From Felis catus (Eukaryota), in NCBI RefSeq assembly GCF_018350175.1, contig NC_058382.1:28706001-28770000 (forward strand): a stretch of DNA of 64,000 nt. The letters are read 5' to 3'. Positions 26,859-39,562 of this stretch are shown one piece after another. The translations under genes and the position numbers were made by a program. Below the pieces are notes generated by a model, which did no database searches, was not told where the DNA came from, and worked only from the letters and a program-made list of their open reading frames with translations. Numbering within the stretch: the stretch's first letter is position 1; the number at the start of each line of letters is the position of its first letter.

Positions 26859-27827
26859 CGTCACCCAAGATGCACCTGCCGGCACCGCGTGGCCCTGGCC
26901 CTCTTCATATTCTCCAGGGCACCTTTTGCCCAGACCTAATGGGTTCTTGTGGTCTCTCTGCACTAGAAGCAGGGACTTTCTGTAGGTCCTTCAGTTCCCT
27001 TTCCTTAGCACTGTGAACGGTTCCCTGGCACAAAGTAGGTGCTCAAACATTTGCCGAGGAGAAAGAAGAAAATTTCAGCCTTCGACGCATGAAAGCCGCC
27101 CCCTTCACTATCGTCTATGTGGCCCGAATTAGAGCACGGCCCTCATTTCTTTTGAAATGATACAAGAGGTCCTGGCCTCTGGTTCTCCACGTAATGCTTC
27201 TGCGGGGACGTGGAGACATCACAGAACTTCCCTCATAAGACTTCATGAACCTGAAATGAACCCATGCACGTACAGCGCTTCTCACGGCGGGGTGGGTACT
27301 CAGCGACCCCTGGGTAAACGGTCACCTCTAGCAGCAGCAAGCGGCTAATATAATCATGCATTTGAGAGACAGATTGCAAGTCTAATCGACACATCGCTCT
27401 CCAGGTCGCTTCTCCCTCCCGGATCTTATTTTCTTTCAGGTCACACTCAAGTCTCCAGATTGCTTTTTCAGATTGAGAGGTTTCTACGCAAACGTGTCCT
27501 CTTGGCGCAGCACCGCCATCTTGTGGCCATAATGGGTTATGGCAACGTCCTGGATCTTCACTCCCAGCTAGCTGCCAGCCGCCAGGTCCCCGGTTTGGGA
27601 AGCAGCAGGTGATTTACGAAAGCAAATGTGGCAACGAGTCAGGGCTACACACACCAGGCCACACAGTACATCCAGGAGGGTTTAGGCTCCCTCTGCGTCA
27701 TTTCAGGACAGCTGGCTAGTGTGGGACATTTCTGCTTGGGACTGTCCTCTCCCACTGTCTCCGCCTTGTCCTTGTCTCTCTAGCTACCTCCAGCTTTCAG
27801 GTGTACTTCTGCTAACTTCAGACGAGT

Positions 27828-27846
27828 TAGTGCCACCTACTGGACG
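27828..27846 (-). promoter_or_regulatory. Strong CTCF motif
   Basis: Minus strand CGTCCAGTAGGTGGCACTA fits the CTCF core CCASYAGRKGGCRC at all core positions. Confidence 0.6.
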
Positions 27847-28109
27847 AGGACCGTAAGGTCCGATGTGAGGTCTTCGCTAGGGGAGCTGCATTGGAACGGA
27901 GTACAAACCCGTGGCTTCGTGGGAAGAACATAGGCCAATAATAGGATCCTGATGTCAAGCCCCTAAGTCGGTGCACATTTCTCTCTTCACTAGAAACATT
28001 CTTCGGTGAGGGAACGGGGCACAGGACTGTCGGTGTGAGCCAGTGGCTACTGTGTTAAGGTTGGTACAGCTACGGTTGTCAGGGTCTCTGTATGACAACA
28101 GGTCACACG

Positions 28110-28258
28110 CTCATCGATTTTTCAGAGCTGCCCCCCCCCCGCCCCCTCATAGAATTAAACTCTCCAATCCGGGCTCTGGAATCTGCATTGTGAGCACCTC
28201 CCCCTTTCCCCACCGAGTGAATCCTACCTGCACTGAAGTTTCAGAACCACTGCCCCAG
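28110..28258 (+). mobile_element. MER5-like hAT fragment
   Basis: ggaatctgcatt...gtgaatcctacctgcactgaagtttcagaaccactg. Confidence 0.55.
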
Positions 28259-28362
28259 ACCCTCCCTTTGTAGAAAAGACTTTTCTTTGGGCAAAATCTG
28301 GAAAGAATTCACACTTGGATTAGGCTTTAATAAACTACTTTTTGTGCTTAGGCACAGCAGAC

Positions 28363-28365
<3 letters not shown>

Positions 28366-28404
<39 letters not shown>

Positions 28405-28545
28405 CTTTATTTTGAGAGAGAGAGAGAATCCCGAGCAGGTCAGCGCAGAGCCTAACGTGGGGCTCGATCTCACGAACCATGAGATCATGACCTGAGCCGA
28501 AATCAAGATCTGGATGCTTCACGGACTGAGCCGCCCAGGCGCCCT
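28366..28545 (-). mobile_element. CAN SINE with (CT)n microsatellite at its tail
   Basis: (TC)n 28366-28400, gagatcatgacctgagccgaaatcaag, ends ccaggcgccc. Confidence 0.85.
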
Positions 28546-29185
28546 GAGAGCCGGCATCTCTTACAAAGCCACGGCTCCCACCCTCACTCATTTTGTGTGG
28601 CGGATTGAAAATAGACCCCAAGCCTCGGTCACACCTGACCCGTCCCAGGTGCTCATACTGCCCACCGTGTCTCACCCACCCTCTCTGCCCTGGTTGGCAG
28701 GATGAGGCCAGGCCACACGCCTGCACCCAGGGTCAGCACAGGGCCATGTTGCGAATACCCCAGAACTGGCGGTCCCCCCCTTCCTGGGTGGCTTCTCTCT
28801 GTGAGCCTTAGTTTCTCCATCCCTAACACAAGGGGATTCGACTGTAGTCTACACTGTCCTACCTAGCTGTGACATTCTGGGGGTCTGGAGCTCTATAAGC
28901 CCCTCTAACATGTTGCACTTCTAATGGCATTTGGGTCTTCTGTGTGTACAACCCCCTCCTCAGACTACTGACTTCTCCCGTTAGGTTCTTCCTCAGCCCC
29001 CAACCCGAAACAGTTATGCACAAACTGTGAGTCACGTGGGTGTTCAATACACATACGCTAATTTTTTAAAAAGCTTTACTATCTTGTATGCCTTACACTC
29101 AGCAACTCTATTGCTAGGACATTTTCCTGAGGACATGATGCTCACAGAGGTGCCCCAAATTAGCCATATGCGTATAGGCAACGTC

Positions 29186-29367
29186 ATTTTTTTCTAATTG
29201 TTTAACGTTTGTTTATTTTTTAGAGAGAGAGACAGAGTGCGAGTGGGAGAGGGGACACAGAATCCGAGCCGAGCTGTCAGCACAGAGCCCGACGCGGGGC
29301 TCGAACCCACGAACCGCGAAATCATGACCTGAGCCGAAGCCGGACACTTTGCGCCACCCCGGGCCCC
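29186..29367 (-). mobile_element. CAN SINE with internal deletions, inserted in an old L1 3' remnant
   Basis: gctgtcagcacagagcccgacgcggggctcgaaccc; flanks caacgtcattt / cagcatcattt. Confidence 0.85.
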
Positions 29368-29464
29368 ATCGGCAGCATCATTTATAATTGGCAAACTTAA
29401 GTGTGCAGGACCTTGATCAATCCATGGTCCAGCTGGACTGTGTATGCAGTACTCTGCAGCCATC

Positions 29465-29652
29465 GGAGATGCTTCTAGAACATTTTTTTCTGACATGAGC
29501 AAAGGCCTATAATGTATTAGTTGAAGAAAAAGTGGGTTATAAAAATTCTTATTAGTGGGGAGATGCTTCTAGAACATTTTTTTCTGACATGAGCAAAGGC
29601 CTATAATGTATTAGTTGAAGAAAAAGTGGGTTATAAACATTCTCGTTAGTGG
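29465..29652. repeat. 94-bp tandem duplication (2 copies, 3 mismatches)
   Basis: Unit ggagatgcttctagaacatttttttctgacatgagcaaaggcctataatg... starts at 29465 and again at 29559. Confidence 0.95.
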
Positions 29653-31859
29653 GAAACCCACTGACTGCATAGATTGCAGCGAGTGCAGATGAGTTTTACG
29701 GTTTCGTGTTTCGCCTTGTCAGTAGGAGCCCAGCGGAGGCCTGTGGCTGACCGAGTGGCAGGCCATGCCGGCTGTGTAACCGGGCAGGGGCCCAGATTGG
29801 AGATCATGGATGTGGGAAGGCATGGGGGCTGTAGCTCAAACGTCCTTTGGGAGTTTGGAGTAGTCCTTTGGGAGGTCATTTAGCACGGTAACGACCCAGG
29901 TGCTGTTTTGCAAACAGATGACGCCCACCTCCTGGCAGTGGGTGGGAGACAGGAAGGGAGGCTGGAGGGGCCCATGGGCATTAGAGGGCTTTTCGGACCC
30001 CAGGGAGGGAGGGGACGGCAGCTGGCACGGGAGGGTGAGGCCACCGAGACCTCACCACATCAGAGGTGTGGATGGGGGGCCCTGGGGGTGCTGCCAATGG
30101 CTGGATCAAGACAGAAGCTCCCAGATCAGGAAGACTGTGCGTGGGGTCTTGAAGGGGCAGCATAAACCTCCAGGATCACTCTGGGGAGACTGAGGCAGCT
30201 GAGCAGCCGTATGGCAGGGAAAGAACAGATCTAACGGTATGCTGTGTTCTGATGTAATGTAGACTCAAGCGCATCCCCTCTGGCCTCATCTCCGCTGTCT
30301 GCTGGGTGTTCCGTCCTCTCTGTGGCCGCCTAGAAAACACCCTCACGGCTTCCCTCCCCCTCTGAGTGGCCAGAACAGAGAGCTTCATTTTATGGGCAGA
30401 GAAACTGAGGCCGAAGGAGCTAGACGATTTGGCCAGAGTTCCCAGTCAACCACATCCACCGTGATGCTCGCTGGCCGGCCGCATGGGCTCTGGAAGTGGG
30501 AGCCAGGGTGCCCTGCCTGCTTCACCGCCTCGTGTGCTCGGGGTTCTGGGCAGGGGGCCCCCCGGAGCCAGGAGGCCTGGCAGGGGCTGCGAAAGATGAC
30601 GCGTGTTGGGCTAACACGAAGGGCAGCAGTGGGCAGGACTGTGCGTCTTGGGGACCCAGAGCAGGGGCCCGGAAGGAAGTGTGGCATCGCCCGCGTTCCT
30701 GTTGGTGGCCGAGTGGCCTGGGGGGGGGGGTGGAAGAGGGGGGAGTTGGGACAGCAGCCGGGGTGCAGGGGGAGTTGCACAGAACTCTGCAGCCGTGGGT
30801 CCTAATGGGGAAACAAAAGCACGGCTCTACCCTGAGGGAGGCACGTCTGCGCCCTGGGCCTTGGTTTCCCCACTTGGTGAGCATCAGGCCCTGGGGTGGG
30901 TGCTCCTATGTGTGCTCTCTCATGCTTCCAAGAGCCTCCGCCCTGGTTCCCAGATGAGGGACCCGTCGAGGCCTGGGCAGAGGCAATGGGACTCGAGCTT
31001 GGGTCCCTCCTGCTTCTGCGGTATGCCTGCAGGACTGTGCTCCGTCCAGGTCCTCTCCAGTGGGGAGCCCCTGCCTGCCAGCTGAAGATGCTCCGTGGGT
31101 GTGGCCTGGCATTTGGAACCATCTTCCGGGCTGTGGTGCGGACTTGTCACCACCCTCCTGGGGACGGGCACGGCAGCGCTGAGCTGGGATGGTATTTAGG
31201 GATCCCCCGGCCACCTGTGCAGACACAGCTCTGTGTGGCCTCCGAGGGCAGGAACCTGGGCCCCCAGACCTGTGCCGGACCCCGGGGTCACTCCGCTGCC
31301 CGCCATGCCAGCTGGGCGCATCCGCACGGGCTCCGTGAATGTCCCATGCCCGCGCGCCCTTCCTGTCAACCTCAGGGACCCTGCCAGCACCGGGCTGCCT
31401 CCCTCTGCTCTGCCCGGTTTTGTCTCCTGCCCCCATGGCTTCATTTTGCCAGGTTTGGGGCTTTGTGTAAAGGGGGACACGGCTCCCGCACGGTTAATGC
31501 AAGGTCTGTGGTTTGCATTCATTCGTGTGCACCAGAGGGCGTATTTCAGGACTCTGTCGTGTAAATATCCCATAGTTTGTTTACCGAGGCTCCGGCTGGT
31601 GGACAGGTGGGCTGTTTCCAGTTTGGGGCTATGAGCGCTATGGTGCCAGGAACCTTCCCGAGCATGTTTTGGGGGGCGGCACTCGCACAAGCCTTTCCCG
31701 TGAACGCCAGCCCCGCAGTGGATCTGCTGGTCACAGGGGACCGGTGCGCGTCGAGCAGTGGACCCTGCCACACCGTTTCCCAAGGCGGTTTTCCAATTTG
31801 CACGCCCTCCTTTCCTGATTTTTCTTAGCTGGCATTGAAGCAGTGAAACCAGAAAGGCT

Positions 31860-32190
31860 CTGAGGGCTGGCAGCCTCATTGAGCGAGCCAGAGCCTGAGC
31901 CGGAGACCATGTGCTGAGCCTCGAGAAAATGAGACGATTTTAAGACCCACTGATCACAGCCAGCCAGTGAGGCCCCCAAACGAGGCAACTGCCTCAGCGA
32001 AGCCCTCAGCCAGACACATCGGGTCCCCGCTCTGCCTCTGCGGCCGTGTCTCCGGAATCCTCTCTCCTCCTCTAGAGGTCGGAGCGCCTCTAGCCGCTTT
32101 GGGTTTGGTGCTTCCTGCCTGATTCCAATTGCTGGAGGCTCAAATAAACTCTTCAAAAAAACAAAAAAAATTGTAATGTGCCTCAGTTTC
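31860..32190 (+). mobile_element. Possible ERV1-type solo LTR fragment
   Basis: 3' end ctcaaataaactcttc...aattgtaatgtgcctcagttt resembles LTR R/U5 ends of MER34/39-like families; family uncertain. Confidence 0.4.
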
Positions 32191-32331
32191 CCCTCCCCTT
32201 CCCACCCCGACCCCCACGCCAACTTCACTGAGCTATAATTTACGTACAGTATTTTAAGGAAACACGAGTTTTGACGAACTTTCTCTTTGTGTTCAAGTTC
32301 AGTCTTTGTTCTGTTACCTCCAGCTCATAGG

Positions 32332-32333
<2 letters not shown>

Positions 32334-32365
<32 letters not shown>
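32334..32365. repeat. (TG)n microsatellite
   Basis: ~15 perfect GT units. Confidence 0.95.
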
Positions 32366-32367
<2 letters not shown>

Positions 32368-33935
32368 CTCCCCTGCCCTCTCTTTTAAACCCAGGCCCAG
32401 CACAGAATGAGAGAACTCTCCAGAAGGCGAATTGGCAAGCAGGCTTTGTCTGCCGTGCCGTTAGCGTCAGGGAACTGGGCCTTTGGAGCCGCTGAGGTTG
32501 GTTCCAACCCTTCGTTTTAAGGTTGGGGAGACTACAGCCCACACCATTGCAGGGCACCGCAATGTTCCCTGGGATATCCACTTCAGGTGGCGAATCAGAG
32601 ATTCGCCTGGGGTGTTGTTTGCGCCCAGCCATGGGACAGCCCTGAGTGGGGCTGGTGCTCGATCCTGAGCCCTGCAGGCTTTCGGCCGCGACTGGCTCCT
32701 AGATGCGAGCTGGGCTTCCCTAAATGCAGCGGGTGCGGCGTCCCAAATGCTGGCCTTCCCTGGGGTTCTTGGGCCGTCAGGATTCCCAGTGACCGGGGGG
32801 CCTCAGATGCTGCTTGTGCAGCCGGCCAGGTTGTCTCAAGCTCCTGGTTTGATCATGACATCTGTAGCTCTCTGGCACCCTCCGTGTGACAAGGCCTTCC
32901 GGGCGTCAGACCAGCCCCATCCCTATGCCTCCCTCCTCACCCGGTTGCTGCTTCCTGCTTCAGGCTAACACGGGTAGGAAGGACTCAAGACCCTTCTGGA
33001 AAAGATATCATTCTCGCTTTCTTGAGTGTAGAGGAGGCTCCAGGCTCATCTGAGGGCTTCGCGTGTTCTCCCTTTACCCCCAAGGTGACGATACCCCCCA
33101 GACTCCAATCCCCAGACACCCCCAGACTCCTTGGGGGCTGCCACAATGCTTAATACTCATCTGCCCGCTCCGGTAGTGAGGCCACCAGAAGGCAAAAGCC
33201 ACGCTGTCCCCGTCCCCCGAGCACCCCTCACGGGATGCCCCAAGTGGGGGTGTCCCATGTTGGCTGGAGGACTGAGTGATTCACATGCAGGGACAGTTCC
33301 CAGCTGAAGGTTCTTCTGTGCCACTGCTAATCTGCTTGTCCAGACGTCCCTCCCTGGTCCCCCTTCATCCATACGCCTCAGAGGCCCATGGGAAGAATCT
33401 TCCCCACCCTTCTCCAGCCCAACCCGAAAATCTGGGGTTAGCAGGACACAGCCTGCTGTTTGCAACTGCGAACACCCAACACGGGGGTGCGGGTCCATCA
33501 TCGCCCCAGCGTTTCAGGGCCTCACGAGGCGTGGTTCGTCGCCCACAGTCTCCTCCTGCCGGACTTCACCCGGCTGTAGCAGGGAGAGTGCTCTTTTGTG
33601 GACGGGCCACCTCCCCGGGGCCCCCAACTCGGCTTAGATGCTCTGTGAAACCAGCCACCCTCACACTGCTTGGAGCTGGCTCACTGTCAGCTCCCTGATG
33701 AGACTGGGCCTCAGTGTCCCCACCTATACAATGAGGAGGTGTCCTAGACCAAGGCTCCTCAGGGACCAGGCAGGTAACAGAGAGAAAAGAAGTGGGTTCG
33801 TGCTTCATAGAGACTGGGGGGGGCGGGGAGCAGACCAGGGTATATTTCAAACAAAGTCAGGAATTTCCAAAAGAAGTGAGGGTTCCCAATTTGTAAAATG
33901 CTGGCAAACATTGAGTTTCCGGGCGTTGTATTGAT

Positions 33936-34133
33936 GGTTTTTAATGTTTTATTTACTTTTGAGAGTGAGTGAGCCAGCAGGGGAGGGGCGGAGAGAGAGA
34001 GGGGGGCAGAGGCTCCGAAGGGGGCTTTGCGCCGACAGCTGCGAGCCCGACGCGGGGCTCGAACTCACGAACCCGCGAGATGGTGACCCGAGCCGAAGTC
34101 GGACGCTGAACTGACTGAGCCACCCAGGCGTCC
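33936..34133 (-). mobile_element. CAN SINE
   Basis: gcccgacgcggggctcgaactcacgaa...gagccacccaggcgtccc. Confidence 0.88.
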
Positions 34134-36399
34134 CTGGTTTGCTTTTTTAAACACAACGTGGGCCACCGATTGATGAGCGCTGGCCCAGACATTGTGCCCC
34201 AGCCCCTCTGGGTCCACATTCTTCCCTTACAGGGCACCGGCTGGCAGGGGCAGGCTGCACGACCCAGAAACGGGGGACTTGGATTCCGACTGCATCCTCC
34301 CCTCTCCCCGGGACAGCAGCTGTCACATCACATCGTCTCCGTGGCGGGATCACCTTCCTTTTGGGGCACCGGGGCTGGCGTGCGAAGTTTTGATCAGATT
34401 GCTTTTTGAATGAGTTGACTGTCATGAATGGGCAAAGGGCACCAGCATTGTGTCTTAACTATAACTGTTCCAATTAATTATGGGTTTAATTAGCATACAT
34501 CGAGAACAGCCCTGGAAAATAATACTTCATGGGTTACAGATGNNNNNNNNNNNNNNNNNNNNNNNNNNNNNNNNNNNNNNNNNNNNNNNNNNNNNNNNNN
34601 NNNNNNNNNNNNNNNNNNNNNNNNNNNNNNNNNNNNNNNNNNNNNNNNNNNNNNNNNNNNNNNNNNNNNNNNNNNNNNNNNNNNNNNNNNNNNNNNNNNN
34701 NNNNNNNNNNNNNNNNNNNNNNNNNNNNNNNNNNNNNNNNNNNNNNNNNNNNNNNNNNNNNNNNNNNNNNNNNNNNNNNNNNNNNNNNNNNNNNNNNNNN
34801 NNNNNNNNNNNNNNNNNNNNNNNNNNNNNNNNNNNNNNNNNNNNNNNNNNNNNNNNNNNNNNNNNNNNNNNNNNNNNNNNNNNNNNNNNNNNNNNNNNNN
34901 NNNNNNNNNNNNNNNNNNNNNNNNNNNNNNNNNNNNNNNNNNNNNNNNNNNNNNGGAACAGCTGGGCCCATAATTCACATTTGTCTATAATATGGGAAAT
35001 GTCACCAGGCAATTAGTTATGTCAGGTAATGAATAGGGAGCATGGGGACTCCCCTCTGGCAGCTGGGGTGGATGGGGGTAGAATGTTCCGGACACAAGCG
35101 GCTGCTCACCTCCTGATGGCTTTCCTGTCCCCCAACCTCAGCTCAGTGCTTCCCAGCTCCCTCGATGGCCCGTTCCCCAGAAGTTGCCTGCCCCGGGGGC
35201 CTCTCCATGCCCTACCTCCCAGTCTGCACTCTGGTCTTTCTCCGGGAGCTGGGATGCTGCCCTTGGCCTGGACAGCACCTCTCTCCCCTCCTCACCCCTC
35301 CGGATTCACCTCAGCATCATTGCCACGGGGAAGGCTCACTTGACCCCACGGCCTCCATCAAGTCCCCCAGGTATGGGCTCTCAGGACAGCATGGGTGCCC
35401 GTTCCCAGCTGTCATCTCACAGCCGTGTGACGATGGGACCATCCGCCGGCCGTCTGGCTCCCGCACCAGGTTGCAAACCCCACAGGACCCGCCGTGTGGC
35501 TTCACTCAGCACCGGGCTCCCATCTGCTGACTGCTAGCAGGTTCTCCGTGAAGGCTTGCTGAATGATTGAAGGGACGAACAATACAGGACACAGGACGAT
35601 ATCACGCCGCTCGGCGTGTCCTGGCCGGAAGGCGAAGAGTGCCATCCACCTCTCTCTGAACACTTACCAAGGCCAAGGGCTTTGCAGGCACGCAGCTGGC
35701 TTTTGTGGCATTGCCACCAGGTGGGCATCGGTGCCCTCACTGTACAAAGTAGGTTAGTCACCCAAGTTGTCTCAGCCGGGACTCGAACTCAGGTCCAAGA
35801 GAACCCAGAGCCCTTTCTGGGGCCTCGGTCAGTAGGGCTGCCTGCAGGAGGGGGTGGTGGGGAGCCTTGAGGGAAGGTTTGGGTTTCCCACAGGGGCAGG
35901 GAGGATGCTCGAGGCTCATTCTGGCGGCCGCCTGCTGGCCCAGCCCAGAGGGGTGGTGTCTGTGGGGACCGGTGGGCAGGCTGGGGCTCCTAGGGGGTGT
36001 CTCGACCTGGGGTGAGTCTCTGAGCAGAGACTTATTCACGGTGTTGACTCGGGCGGTTCACCCTGGCCTTGATTTCCAGGGCTGTGAAATGGGCCCCCAG
36101 CCACTCACTGCTCAGAGGAAGGGCCTGGAGCACAACCCTGCTTCCGCCACACCTGGTCCCACAGGCCGAGGGGATTAGTTTCGAGGGTGGGGATCTCCCA
36201 CTTCCTCCAGCTTCTGCTTGAGACCCTGGGGCAGGGTGCAGGAGGTGGGCCGGCTGGGGTCTTTCGAGCCTGCTGAAGTGTGAAAGAGACCAGACAGCCC
36301 TGAACGCACAGGGGTGCCCAGGATAGGAAAAGCATCCGGACTCCCTGCCTGGGGATAATATCACGGGGGGTGGGGGGCAGGTGGCAGGGCTCACGTGTT

Positions 36400-36840
36400 C
36401 CCCGCATGATGTGATAGGAAGGGCACGCTGCCTCTGTGTTCTTTCCCCAAACCTGTAGCCTCATCTAATCATAAGAGGACATCAGACACTCAGACACCTG
36501 ACTGCTACTCTTCTAAAGTCACGCAGACCAAGGAGAGTCTGAGAAACTGTCAAGCGCTTAGGAGACGTGCTGATCCAACGCAACGGGGGGGGGGGGGGGG
36601 GGATCCTGGCGGGGGGTGGCCCGGAAGAGAAAGAGGGCATTTGTGTAAAACCTGGTGCTGTCTGGAGGAAGTCCCGAGCTGATTTAATAGGGCCGTGCCA
36701 GTGTTAAGTTTCTCGCTTTGACAAACGTCAGTTACGCTGACATCGGGAGATGAGACGAAGGGTACATGTGACTAGATTATCTCTGCAAATCTGTTGTGAA
36801 TCTAAAAATATTCCCAAACAAAAAAAAGTTCCTTAAGAAA
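36400..36840 (+). mobile_element. Old L1 (L1MC/ME-type) 3'UTR remnant
   Basis: ctaatcataagaggacatcagac...gactagattatctctgcaaatctgttgtgaatctaaaaatattcccaaacaaaaaaaagtt. Confidence 0.55.
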
Positions 36841-37024
36841 TTACTGATGTGACCATGTGGTTAAAAGAGAGGTCCAACAGTATGAGAGTGGCAAGAAGTT
36901 TCCCTCCCGCCTATGCGTCTCCGTTCCAGATTCCCTTCCCTGGGGTTGAACATCTTTACTCGTTCCTTAGTTCCTTCCAGGAATCTTCTTTTCATGAACA
37001 GACACGGGCAAATTACTATCTGCC

Positions 37025-37148
37025 TCCATCGCAAGTGGGCTCTGTGCTGGGAGCAGAGAGCCTGACGCGGGGCCTGAACCCACGAACTGGGAGATCAAGA
37101 CCTTGGCCGAAGTTGGACCCTTAACCCGCTAGGCCACCCAGGCGCCCC
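37025..37148 (-). mobile_element. Partial CAN SINE (5' half)
   Basis: gagcctgacgcggggcctgaacccacgaac...ggccacccaggcgcccc. Confidence 0.8.
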
Positions 37149-37479
37149 AAGACTGGTCTTATTTTAAACGGAAAGAAATCCCACCACCTCACGTGCAGAA
37201 GAAAGAAGGACGCAGAGAAGTGACATTTCCTGGGTACTGACTCTGTGACGGGCGCCATACAAGGCGCTTCATAGACATACAACTGATTCTCCTAACGGCC
37301 CCATTGGGTTCTAGTTCCATTTTACAGATGGGAAAACAAAGGCTCAGAGAGGTGAAGACGGTACCTAACCCGGACAGGGGGCACAGTGTCTGGCCCTAGG
37401 CGGGTCTTCCGGAAGCGCTTCTCAGGATGAGCGAACGAATGAGTATTCGCATGAATTGTGTGCCAGTTGGACACGTCTC

Positions 37480-37687
37480 GTCCCGTGGCCTTCCCTTGGT
37501 GCGTGTCTGCCTCTGTGTGCAAATGTCCGCTTTTTGTAAAGATGTTGGTCGTGCTGGATTAGGCCCACCCTCACCTGATGACCTCTGGAAAGTTTCCATC
37601 TCCAAATAGGGTCACATTCTAAGGTGCTAGGTAGGAGTTAGGACTCTCCCAAATCGTTTTTTGGAAGACACAATTCCACTCCCAACA
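37480..37687 (-). mobile_element. MLT1 (MaLR) LTR fragment
   Basis: ggattaggcccaccc...tccaaatagggtcacattctaaggtgctagg...gacacaattccactcccaaca. Confidence 0.7.
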
Positions 37688-37835
37688 GGCGGCTTTAGGA
37701 CTCACCTTTATTTGGCTAAATGTGTTGCCATCACCTGGCTTTCTCCTCATTGTCACGTGATTCTGTTGACACCCTAGGTCAGGGATGACTTCTGTATCAC
37801 TGCCCCCTTCCCTGATCTGCTGATCAGGGAACTTT

Positions 37836-38051
37836 TTAAACACTTTTTTTTTTTTTTTTTTTTCTGAGACAGAGAGAGACAGAGCATGGGCAGGGGAGGG
37901 GCAGAGAGAGGGGGAGACACAGAATCCGAAGTGGGCTCCAGGCTCTGAGCTGTCAGCACAGGGCCTGACGCGAGGCTCGAACACATGGACTGTGAGATTG
38001 TGACCTGAGCCGAAGTCGGACGCTTGACCGACTGAGCCACCCAGGCACCCC
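37836..38051 (-). mobile_element. CAN SINE (tandem pair, left)
   Basis: Long poly-T, full body, ends ccaggcacccc. Confidence 0.92.
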
Positions 38052-38071
38052 TGATCAAAGAAATTCTTAAG

Positions 38072-38113
38072 AAAAATGTTATTATTTGTTTTGAGAAAGA
38101 GAGAGCGAGGGGC

Positions 38114-38147
<34 letters not shown>

Positions 38148-38275
38148 GATCCCAAGCAGGCTCCACGATGTCAGCACAGAGCCTGACACGGGGCTCGAAC
38201 TCACATACAGTGAGGTCATGACCTGAGCTGAAATCAAGAGTCGGTCATTTAACCGACTGAGCCACCCCGGTGCCC
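38072..38275 (-). mobile_element. CAN SINE (tandem pair, right, older subfamily)
   Basis: (GA)n, gatcccaagcaggctcc, ends gccaccccggtgccc. Confidence 0.9.
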
Positions 38276-39134
38276 GATTAGAGGACTTTTTATGGAGCCT
38301 GGCTGTGGTCTCAGAATCCTAGGCACAGTTCTGCCGGGGCTACTTCTGCTCTGTTCATCACGTCTGACCTAGACCTTCATTCTGCTTGGCTCGGTCCTGT
38401 TCCCTCTGTTTGGAGACCCTCAAAGCCCGGTGCAGGGGTCTGCTTTCTGTCCCTGTGAGGCATTTCCCGATCATCCACGCAAAGAGTATCTCTTCTTCCA
38501 CGTGCCCCAACAGCACCAGTTCTGGAATTTTCCCTGTAGGAAGGGCTCTTGTTGGAAGGACGGGACCTGGGGATGTATTTGTACGGACTTTGCCCAGGAG
38601 TCAGAGAAGCTCGATGGTCTACCTCAACGTAAGGGAAGGGGGCTGATGGAACTGCAGGGAGGGCACGTGCCCCTCATTCCCATGTCACCCCTGTACTTGT
38701 ACTCAGTTACTCCCCTCATTTACCTCATTTGTTGTGTCCTGACAATGATCTCTTTGCCAGGGTAGTTGATGAGAGCCTCCATCAGATAGAAAACGGCGGG
38801 CCAGCCTCTTTGCCTTTGAAGGAAGCCTGTGTGGCCCGGTCCTGGGGGTGGGCTGAGGGGAGGGTGGGCCGTGCCCGGGGCTGGGGGGAAACAGCCCCTT
38901 CTACTGCAGGAATTGCAGACCCCTCCAGACGTATTTTTTAAGACCTGGTGCTCCCTGCTCTGAAGAAATCTGGGGACCTTAGTTTTGGCTTGCTCATGAT
39001 TTGGGCTCTAGATTTTGGTATCGCTTGGAGATTCTTCCTGAGTGGCTATGCGGAGGAGGGGTGGGAAACAGGACGGAGGGGGCAGAGCCCTCCAAGCTCA
39101 TTCACCAAAAGTAGAGGCTGGACATAATGAGCTC

Positions 39135-39562
39135 AGCAGTGGCTCCCCAAAAAGCTTTTTCACCCTGGCCCTCGGAATGTGACCTCAGTTGGAACAAGCG
39201 TCTTTGTAGATGTAGTCAGGGTAAGGATTTTGAGATGAGATTATCTGGGATTAGAGAGGGGCCTAAATCCGGTGAGGAGGGCCCTTGAGAGAGGCAGAGA
39301 TGAGGAAGACACACAGAGTGACACAGGAGAGGCCATGTGAAGACAGAAGCAAAGGTGAGAGTAAGGCGTCCAGCAGCCAAGGGGGCGCTGACTGCCGACA
39401 GATGCTGGAAAACACGGGAGAACATTCTCCTTCAGCCCCAGAAGGAGTGTGGCCCTGCTGAGGCCTCCATTAGGACTTCTGGCCTCCAGGACAGCGAGAG
39501 AATACACTTCTGCTGCTCTAGGACACTCAGTCTGTGGCAATTTTTGCAGTTCTAGGAAACAA
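39135..39562 (+). mobile_element. MLT1B/C-type MaLR solo LTR
   Basis: gaatgtgacc...gtctttgtagatgta...gagatgagattatctggga...gacttctggcctccag...ctaggaaac. Confidence 0.8.

Noticed and set aside
29900-33900. Dense overlapping ORFs up to 227 aa on both strands
   Set aside because: Stop-poor GC-rich DNA, no recognisable domain, many non-ATG starts, partly L1/MIR-derived.
38523-38534. NF-kB-like site GGAATTTTCCC and similar motifs elsewhere (possible CYLD feedback)
   Set aside because: Isolated short motifs are expected by chance; no clustering or conservation evidence.
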